This document shows, piece after piece, positions 57,201-64,000 of a DNA stretch of 64,000 bases; position 1 is the stretch's first letter, and each line of letters begins with the position of its first letter. The notes under the pieces were generated by a model. That model did no database searches. It worked only from the letters and a program-made list of their open reading frames with translations, and was not told where the DNA came from. The position numbers and the translations under genes were made by a program. The stretch covers positions 16,554,001-16,618,000 of the forward strand of contig OZ336888.1 of assembly GCA_965287045.1 (NCBI GenBank). Direction: 5' to 3'. This DNA comes from Carcharhinus amblyrhynchos (Eukaryota).

Positions 57201-60200
57201 TCCATGAGTGTCTGATATATTCTCCGACATTTCTGCTTTTCTCTTCCAGAGATCGTCTGCCACGGCCATTGGTCACCCTGGATTAATGAACATACACCTT
57301 CTAAGGACAGCCCTGGCGATTATGAATTGCAGAATCCCAACAAAACAAAATATTGTTCCTTCCCTTCGGAAACAATTGTGGACATTCAGTGTCAGTTTGT
57401 TGACCAACCGGACAAACCAATAAGCCAGTCACCAGACAATGTAACATGCGACAAAGACAAGGGCCTCACCTGTGTACTCTCTCAAAGTGCTGTGGAGCAG
57501 AACAGATTTTGTTATGACTACAAAGTGCGCGTTTGCTGTGAGCCAGTAACAGGAATGACCACAACGTCCCCCACTACAACTTCCACTCCTGGTAAGTGAG
57601 AAATGTACCAATGAGTTCATAATATTTTCAGATTCAATCCAGCTTGTTTTCGACCAAAAAGCAAATGAAGATTTCTTGATACCCAGTGAGTAGCTGTAAT
57701 CACCAATTTCTTGAAGATTTGTGCTTCATATCAATAACGTATCCCCGGTGTAAAATTCACAACACTGTGGGAATTGGAATTTGGTGATTTTGAAAGTTAT
57801 TTCTTTGTCTGCAGTGCCAACAACAACAACAACAACACAGGAAACAACGACCACATCTGGGGAAACTCCTACAACAGGTTAGTGCTGTCTCCTTTCAGTA
57901 TTCACCAGCAAGTCTGTTCACAGCGGTGTGCTTATCCCATTTGCAGCTTCAGTGTTAGTTCATTCTTTCATTCTTTCCTTTTCGAAGGAAATGGTTGAAA
58001 ATTTACTCAAATTTGAATCATCAATTGGATTTGTGAACCTCACTTTTACACCAAGATCTATATGATGGTTTTCTGGTCAAACTCGACAGGAATATAATGG
58101 TGTTGACATTGTGGTGAATTGGTTTCATTCTTTTTCTTCTTCTTCAGGAAGGGTCACTATAACAGTGAAACCATCTACAGCTGGGCCCCCTCCGGGCTCC
58201 ACATCGGGTGAGTAACGGCTTCTTTTCTTCAACAGCAGCAAGAGCAGGAAACAAGTGCAATAAAAACAGATGGTGCTGGAAATATTCAGCAAGGCTGGCA
58301 AGACCTGCTGAGTATTTCCAGCACTTTCTGTTTGCAGATCAGATTTCCAGCAAGCACAGCATTTTACATTTCATTCAGTGAAAAACTGTGTTTATCGATG
58401 TGTTTCCGTTTGGGTCAGTCAGAGGCCAAGCACTCCCGTGAACTGATGGGGATGTTTGATGTCATCAGGAATCCTTCAGGACAGCCCTGAAGTGTTTCTG
58501 TTGTCCCGCAGGGGTCTCCTTCTATCACCTTCTTCAGCAAGTTGATCCAAGGTGGGAGCTGAGGTGAAATGCTGTGCGCGTAAGCATTCACACCAGTGCA
58601 GTGTTGTCAAATTCACCTTTTAGACAACGCCCGTCCATTTGTTTAGTCTTGTTGTTCTTTCGTTGTGGTTGCAAGTGAATGAATAGTTGAGGACACCTGA
58701 ATCGCATTGTACTATTTCAAACATTAAATTTGCAACAAGCCAATGAAATAAATCTCACAATGGAACACTGCTGCCTTTTCTATTCTACGTCAGTTGATTT
58801 GATTGTGTTTCTTGTTCTTCAGAAGTGACCACTAAACCAGGGACACCAATTACAACCAGCTCCACTACCAGCTCCACACCGGGTGAGTGACGGCTTCTTT
58901 TGATGCACAGCAGCAAAACCAGAGGCAAAAACTGTTCAGTTGGAACATGTTCCAGGCAGTGGAAAGACATTACTTTGTACTTTTTCACCGTTAATTTTCG
59001 TATTCAGGTCAGAATTCCAGCAGCACAGCTCTTGGGATGAAAAGGATGAATGGATATGGGGTTAAGGGGGAACAGGATATTGAATTTGATGATCCGCCAT
59101 GATCAAAATGAATGGATGAGCAGGTTCCAAGGTCCGAATGGCTTCTAGTTTCTATGTTTACGTTTTCTTCAATGAAACAAATGATCTTGTTTCAACACAC
59201 ATTAGAGGTTCATCATTTCACCATGGGGAGGCACTGTGACCATACTTTCCAAAGGGAAATGGAAGACACTCTTGCTCTTTGAATGAAGGTAGATCCGAGG
59301 TGGGAGCTGAGGTGAAATGATGTCCACATAAGCGTTCATACCAGTGCGCTGTTGTGAAATTCCCCTTTTAGACAATGCCCGTCCATTGGTACTGTCTTGT
59401 CGCCCTTTCCATGTGGGTGGAAAGTAGCTGTAGTCAGTATGTTCCTCATTCTTGCTGCCTTATTGTGAATTCAGTAAGCTAATGTTGGAAGTCTATTAAT
59501 ACAGCTGGATTTCCAGTCAGAGTGCAGTGGTTTTGAATAATTCTCTTTTCCTGTAGAAGTGACAACTACAACAAAAGGAACAACAGCTTCATCAACAACA
59601 GGTAATTGAGATTTTCCTTCAATATTGAATCTCCCTATTAGACACGCCCTCGGTTTCGATGATGACTTCCTTCCACTAAGGATCATGGGGATTGATGGGG
59701 ATGTTTGATGTCATGAGGAATCCTTCGGGACAGCCCTGAGGTGTTTCTGCAGTCCCGCAGGGGTCTCCTTCTATCACCGCATTCTGGGGAAAGCCGTTGC
59801 TTTGGGAATCTGGTGTCAGGCAATCAAATGTCATCTCCTGCCCAGCAGAAGTGGTTACGTGTAATTGTTGCCTGACTGCTGAATATCTTGTCTTGGGAGA
59901 GGATGCTGTTGTTGGAAAGCCTTTCTTGCCACAGATTAGGAGGACCTTGCAAAGACACTCGTGTTACAATTCTCCAGTGTTTTGTGGTGGCTGCTGTGGG
60001 TTGTCCAATTTGACAAAGCAGAAAAGAGTGTGGTGCTCTGTGCTGTGCGATAAGCCAAAACCTTAGCCTCTTGTTTGTCGTACAGGACCTCAATAATCTT
60101 TTCAAATCCTCTTCCAAGTGCACCTTGATCACCATTGGCTCAGACAATTCCAGTCCAGCAATTCAGTCCTTTAGCCTGATCCAATTCCTTTGGGATGGAG

Positions 60201-63027
60201 TTATTTGTAAAGTTCAGTATTCTCAATCTGCAATCAGTGACGTTTTCACATTCACAAAAACAGTGTTGTGACAAGCTCACCCCTGGGAGGTTTCTCTATC
60301 GGAAAATCAGATTGTTAATGTTTCAACAGTTTGATCTGTAAATTTGATCCTTTTGTCCCATTCTGTGTCCTCTTGTGGCTGCTTATTCTAACACATTTTC
60401 AGCATAATTTTCAATCCAGTTCGTAAACTGTACAGTTTGTTCTTCGTGCTGGTGCTCATAGACATTTCCATTCCAAAAGAATTATTTCCAGATGTTGTCA
60501 AAGTTGCTGCCTTGATATCGTGTTGATATTATGGATAAGTTAATTCATTATGATGAGAAAATATGTTTCCAGCATTTCAAATGCAGTCTGGCTGTTCTCA
60601 CATCCGACATTGCCACTTTTGGTTAGTCCATGAGTGTCTGATATATTCTCCGACATTTCTGCTTTTCTCTTCCAGAGATCGTCTGCCACGGCCATTGGTC
60701 ACCCTGGATTAATGAACATACACCTTCTAAGGACAGCCCTGGCGATTATGAATTGCAGAATCCCAACAAAACAAAATATTGTTCCTTCCCTTCGGAAACA
60801 ATTGTGGACATTCAGTGTCAGTTTGTTGACCAACCGGACAAACCAATAAGCCAGTCACCAGACAATGTAACATGCGACAAAGACAAGGGCCTCACCTGTG
60901 TACTCTCTCAAAGTGCTGTGGAGCAGAACAGATTTTGTTATGACTACAAAGTGCGCGTTTGCTGTGAGCCAGTAACAGGAATGACCACAACGTCCCCCAC
61001 TACAACTTCCACTCCTGGTAAGTGAGAAATGTACCAATGAGTTCATAATATTTTCAGATTCAATCCAGCTTGTTTTCGACCAAAAAGCAAATGAAGATTT
61101 CTTGATACCCAGTGAGTAGCTGTAATCACCAATTTCTTGAAGATTTGTGCTTCATATCAATAACGTATCCCCGGTGTAAAATTCACAACACTGTGGGAAT
61201 TGGAATTTGGTGATTTTGAAAGTTATTTCTTTGTCTGCAGTGCCAACAACAACAACAACAACACAGGAAACAACGACCACATCTGGGGAAACTCCTACAA
61301 CAGGTTAGTGCTGTCTCCTTTCAGTATTCACCAGCAAGTCTGTTCACAGCGGTGTGCTTATCCCATTTGCAGCTTCAGTGTTAGTTCATTCTTTCATTCT
61401 TTCCTTTTCGAAGGAAATGGTTGAAAATTTACTCAAATTTGAATCATCAATTGGATTTGTGAACCTCACTTTTACACCAAGATCTATATGATGGTTTTCT
61501 GGTCAAACTCGACAGGAATATAATGGTGTTGACATTGTGGTGAATTGGTTTCATTCTTTTTCTTCTTCTTCAGGAAGGGTCACTATAACAGTGAAACCAT
61601 CTACAGCTGGGCCCCCTCCGGGCTCCACATCGGGTGAGTAACGGCTTCTTTTCTTCAACAGCAGCAAGAGCAGGAAACAAGTGCAATAAAAACAGATGGT
61701 GCTGGAAATATTCAGCAAGGCTGGCAAGACCTGCTGAGTATTTCCAGCACTTTCTGTTTGCAGATCAGATTTCCAGCAAGCACAGCATTTTACATTTCAT
61801 TCAGTGAAAAACTGTGTTTATCGATGTGTTTCCGTTTGGGTCAGTCAGAGGCCAAGCACTCCCGTGAACTGATGGGGATGTTTGATGTCATCAGGAATCC
61901 TTCAGGACAGCCCTGAAGTGTTTCTGTTGTCCCGCAGGGGTCTCCTTCTATCACCTTCTTCAGCAAGTTGATCCAAGGTGGGAGCTGAGGTGAAATGCTG
62001 TGCGCGTAAGCATTCACACCAGTGCAGTGTTGTCAAATTCACCTTTTAGACAACGCCCGTCCATTTGTTTAGTCTTGTTGTTCTTTCGTTGTGGTTGCAA
62101 GTGAATGAATAGTTGAGGACACCTGAATCGCATTGTACTATTTCAAACATTAAATTTGCAACAAGCCAATGAAATAAATCTCACAATGGAACACTGCTGC
62201 CTTTTCTATTCTACGTCAGTTGATTTGATTGTGTTTCTTGTTCTTCAGAAGTGACCACTAAACCAGGGACACCAATTACAACCAGCTCCACTACCAGCTC
62301 CACACCGGGTGAGTGACGGCTTCTTTTGATGCACAGCAGCAAAACCAGAGGCAAAAACTGTTCAGTTGGAACATGTTCCAGGCAGTGGAAAGACATTACT
62401 TTGTACTTTTTCACCGTTAATTTTCGTATTCAGGTCAGAATTCCAGCAGCACAGCTCTTGGGATGAAAAGGATGAATGGATATGGGGTTAAGGGGGAACA
62501 GGATATTGAATTTGATGATCCGCCATGATCAAAATGAATGGATGAGCAGGTTCCAAGGTCCGAATGGCTTCTAGTTTCTATGTTTACGTTTTCTTCAATG
62601 AAACAAATGATCTTGTTTCAACACACATTAGAGGTTCATCATTTCACCATGGGGAGGCACTGTGACCATACTTTCCAAAGGGAAATGGAAGACACTCTTG
62701 CTCTTTGAATGAAGGTAGATCCGAGGTGGGAGCTGAGGTGAAATGATGTCCACATAAGCGTTCATACCAGTGCGCTGTTGTGAAATTCCCCTTTTAGACA
62801 ATGCCCGTCCATTGGTACTGTCTTGTCGCCCTTTCCATGTGGGTGGAAAGTAGCTGTAGTCAGTATGTTCCTCATTCTTGCTGCCTTATTGTGAATTCAG
62901 TAAGCTAATGTTGGAAGTCTATTAATACAGCTGGATTTCCAGTCAGAGTGCAGTGGTTTTGAATAATTCTCTTTTCCTGTAGAAGTGACAACTACAACAA
63001 AAGGAACAACAGCTTCATCAACAACAG
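227..63027 (+). CDS. Gel-forming mucin (MUC2/MUC5-like), central PTS+CysD repeat region; spliced, 89 exons, about 3039 aa, partial at both ends
   Basis: Repeated polypyrimidine-AG / GT(G/A/T)A-bounded exons, all phase 1-1, translate to Thr/Ser/Pro-rich peptides and a mucin CysD (WSPW...GDYE...C...C...C...GLTC...CYDYKVRICC). Count is 18 A, 19 B, 19 C, 15 D, 4 E and 14 CysD exons, 9117 nt. I saw no stop or frameshift in any exon. Confidence 0.9.
338..440. mobile_element. Internally deleted copy of the same palindromic element; forms a hairpin in every B-C intron (19 copies)
   Basis: gtgctggaaatattcagca (352-370) and tgctgagtatttccagcac (385-403) form a 19-bp inverted repeat with one G-U mismatch and a 14-nt loop. 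Confidence 0.7.
902..961 (+). CDS. PTS micro-exon C (60 bp), EVTTKPGTPITTSSTTSSTP; first of 19 copies
   Basis: ttcttgttcttcag|AAGTG...CACCGG|gtgagt; phase 1-1. Confidence 0.9.
1109..1240 (+). mobile_element. CR1-clade (HER1 LINE / HE1 SINE-like) 3' end remnant in every post-C intron (19 copies)
   Basis: ggatatgggg...gatgatccgccatgatcaaaatgaatgg..gagcaggttccaaggtccgaatg...tttctatgttt matches the recalled elasmobranch CR1 3' tail (gatcagccatgat..gaatggcggagcaggctcgaagggccgaatggc..(tttctatg)n). Confidence 0.7.
1550..2440. mobile_element. Palindromic (MITE-like) interspersed element interrupted centrally by the LINE; present in all four type II units; ends approximate
   Basis: Left arm ...aactcagcaggtctggcagcatctgtggagagaaacag... 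(about 1606-1643) is a degenerate inverted repeat of right arm ...ctctttctttcctcaaatgctggcagatccgctgagtt... (about 2349-2387). It resembles a common shark repeat from recall. Confidence 0.65.
1675..2307 (+). mobile_element. 5'-truncated decayed non-LTR retrotransposon 3' end (Rex1/Babar or L2-type ORF2 C-terminus, DUF1891-like)
   Basis: Across frameshifts it reads KKAHQSPYFLRRLKKFSMS..RRITESILSSSFATWYGFCSVQDCKKLQKV / KKAASIIKDRIHPEHSLFHL / LRTLTNQLKNTFFPAA. It has an AATAAA plus (AAATC)n tail and is flanked by ATCCTTCT at 1667-1674 and 2308-2315 (candidate TSD). Confidence 0.85.
2514..2573 (+). CDS. PTS micro-exon E (60 bp, type II only), EIITTTVKPTTTSFTTSFTS
   Basis: tttcttattcttcag|AAATC...CATCAG|gtgagt; other copies at 16131, 40064, 46820. 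Confidence 0.85.
3205..3267 (+). CDS. PTS micro-exon A (63 bp), VPTTTTTTQETTTTSGET(T/P)TT; first of 18 copies
   Basis: ttctttgtctgcag|TGCCA...ACAACAG|gttagt; (ACA)n encodes poly-Thr in the spliced frame. Confidence 0.88.
4956..5000 (+). CDS. PTS micro-exon D (45 bp, type I only), EVTTTTKGTT(V/A)SSTT; first of 15 copies
   Basis: tctcttttcctgtag|AAGTG...CAACAG|gtaatt; phase 1-1. Confidence 0.87.
6075..6416 (+). CDS. CysD (mucin WxxW) domain exon, copy 1 (342 bp, 114 aa)
   Basis: ttttctcttccag|AGATC...ACTCCTG|gtaagt; EIVCHGHWSPWINEHTPSKDSPGDYELQNPNKTKYCSFPSETIVDIQCQFVDQPDKPISQSPDNVTCDKDKGLTCVLSQSAVEQNRFCYDYKVRICCEPVTGMTTTSPTTSSTP. Confidence 0.93.
9510..9851 (+). CDS. CysD exon copy 2
   Basis: Same exon; variants KDNP, VRVCC, TTST. 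Confidence 0.92.
12936..13277 (+). CDS. CysD exon copy 3
   Basis: Same exon, intact splice sites. Confidence 0.92.
15292..15924 (+). mobile_element. Co-duplicated copy of the LINE 3' fragment (unit 5)
   Basis: Same sequence and breakpoints as 1675-2307. Confidence 0.85.
16131..16190 (+). CDS. PTS micro-exon E copy 2
   Basis: Matches 2514-2573, intact AG/GT. Confidence 0.85.
19692..20033 (+). CDS. CysD exon copy 4
   Basis: Variants QNKFC, TGVTT. Confidence 0.92.
23129..23470 (+). CDS. CysD exon copy 5
   Basis: Variant QNKFC. Confidence 0.92.
26564..26905 (+). CDS. CysD exon copy 6
   Basis: Same exon, intact splice sites. Confidence 0.92.
29999..30340 (+). CDS. CysD exon copy 7
   Basis: Same exon, intact splice sites. 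Confidence 0.92.
33434..33775 (+). CDS. CysD exon copy 8
   Basis: Same exon, intact splice sites. Confidence 0.92.
36869..37210 (+). CDS. CysD exon copy 9
   Basis: Same exon; one synonymous CAG>CAA. Confidence 0.92.
39225..39857 (+). mobile_element. Co-duplicated copy of the LINE 3' fragment (unit 12)
   Basis: Same sequence and breakpoints as 1675-2307. Confidence 0.85.
40064..40123 (+). CDS. PTS micro-exon E copy 3
   Basis: Matches 2514-2573 with one synonymous ACA>ACG. Confidence 0.85.
40755..44189 (+). repeat. Unit 13, type I
   Basis: A 40755, B 41097, C 41772, D 42506, CysD 43625. Confidence 0.95.
43625..43966 (+). CDS. CysD exon copy 10
   Basis: Variant VRVCC. Confidence 0.92.
45981..46613 (+). 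mobile_element. Co-duplicated copy of the LINE 3' fragment (unit 14)
   Basis: Same sequence and breakpoints as 1675-2307. Confidence 0.85.
46820..46879 (+). CDS. PTS micro-exon E copy 4
   Basis: Matches 2514-2573, intact AG/GT. Confidence 0.85.
50380..50721 (+). CDS. CysD exon copy 11
   Basis: Same exon, intact splice sites. Confidence 0.92.
53815..54156 (+). CDS. CysD exon copy 12
   Basis: Same exon, intact splice sites. Confidence 0.92.
57250..57591 (+). CDS. CysD exon copy 13
   Basis: Variants VRVCC, TTST, synonymous GTG>GTA. Confidence 0.92.
60676..61017 (+). CDS. CysD exon copy 14
   Basis: Same haplotype as copy 13. Confidence 0.92.
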
Positions 63028-64000
63028 GTAATTGAGATTTTCCTTCAATATTGAATCTCCCTATTAGACACGCCCTCGGTTTCGATGATGACTTCCTTCC
63101 ACTAAGGATCATGGGGATTGATGGGGATGTTTGATGTCATGAGGAATCCTTCGGGACAGCCCTGAGGTGTTTCTGCAGTCCCGCAGGGGTCTCCTTCTAT
63201 CACCGCATTCTGGGGAAAGCCGTTGCTTTGGGAATCTGGTGTCAGGCAATCAAATGTCATCTCCTGCCCAGCAGAAGTGGTTACGTGTAATTGTTGCCTG
63301 ACTGCTGAATATCTTGTCTTGGGAGAGGATGCTGTTGTTGGAAAGCCTTTCTTGCCACAGATTAGGAGGACCTTGCAAAGACACTCGTGTTACAATTCTC
63401 CAGTGTTTTGTGGTGGCTGCTGTGGGTTGTCCAATTTGACAAAGCAGAAAAGAGTGTGGTGCTCTGTGCTGTGCGATAAGCCAAAACCTTAGCCTCTTGT
63501 TTGTCGTACAGGACCTCAATAATCTTTTCAAATCCTCTTCCAAGTGCACCTTGATCACCATTGGCTCAGACAATTCCAGTCCAGCAATTCAGTCCTTTAG
63601 CCTGATCCAATTCCTTTGGGATGGAGTTATTTGTAAAGTTCAGTATTCTCAATCTGCAATCAGTGACGTTTTCACATTCACAAAAACAGTGTTGTGACAA
63701 GCTCACCCCTGGGAGGTTTCTCTATCGGAAAATCAGATTGTTAATGTTTCAACAGTTTGATCTGTAAATTTGATCCTTTTGTCCCATTCTGTGTCCTCTT
63801 GTGGCTGCTTATTCTGACACATTTTCAGCATAATTTTCAATCGTGTTTGTAAACTGTACAGTTTGTTCTTCGTGCTGGTGCTCATAGACATTTCCATTCC
63901 AAAAGAATTATTTCCAGATGTTGTCAAAGTTGCTGCCTTGATATCGTGTTGATATTATGGATAAGTTAATTCATTATGATGAGAAAATATGTTTCCAGCA

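Larger units (their letters stand above)
1..64000 (+). repeat. Tandem array (exon-intron macrosatellite) of about 3.3-3.4 kb units, two unit types, extending beyond both window ends
   Basis: Exon A starts at 3205, 6640, 10075, 13501, 16822, 20257, 23694, 27129, 30564, 33999, 37434, 40755, 44190, 47511, 50945, 54380, 57815, 61241. Spacings are 3435/3426/3437/3434 (type I) and 3321 (type II). Confidence 0.98.
47511..64000 (+). repeat. Units 15-19, five type I units (last one 3' partial)
   Basis: A/B/C/D starts: 47511/47853/48528/49261; 50945/51287/51962/52696; 54380/54722/55397/56131; 57815/58148/58823/59557; 61241/61574/62249/62983. Confidence 0.95.

Noticed and set aside
204-63927. The many repeated 60-140 aa ORFs in the track (e.g. 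MSEPMVIK, MLWESGVR, MKKYKVMS, MILSGRKS, MFVVQD)
   Set aside because: They are intronic or antisense to PTS exons (Val-rich because they read ACA/ACC backwards). They recur only because the DNA is tandemly duplicated, have no recognisable domain, and their starts and stops vary between copies.
1-64000. CRISPR array, prokaryotic operon or V(D)J-type segment cluster
   Set aside because: There are no short repeats with unique spacers, no long ORFs, no Ig-domain exons and no heptamer/nonamer RSS that I could identify. Spliceosomal introns and vertebrate TEs explain the structure.

Overview
The whole 64-kb window is eukaryotic and lies inside one + strand gene: the central, tandemly repeated region of a secreted gel-forming mucin (MUC2/MUC5-like). 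The intronic repeat fragments resemble elasmobranch (shark/ray) elements, so the organism is inferred, not proven. The array has 19 exon-intron units (first and last partial) of two types. Type I is about 3435 bp, with exons A(63)-B(60)-C(60)-D(45)-CysD(342), 190 aa. Type II is about 3321 bp, with exons A-B-C-E(60), 81 aa and no CysD. The order is II,I,I,I,II,I,I,I,I,I,I,II,I,II,I,I,I,I,I. I count 89 GT-AG exons, all phase 1-1, all a multiple of 3 and all ending in G. They join into one open frame of about 3039 aa, made of Thr/Ser/Pro-rich segments and 14 WxxW-type CysD domains with 8 Cys each. No start, stop, VWD or CK domain is in the window. Nearly all ORFs in the supplied track are artefacts, apart from the CysD ORF and a decayed LINE fragment. 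Introns carry co-amplified relics: a CR1/HER1-like 3' end, a palindromic element, and a nested Rex1/L2-like LINE 3' fragment with a target-site duplication.
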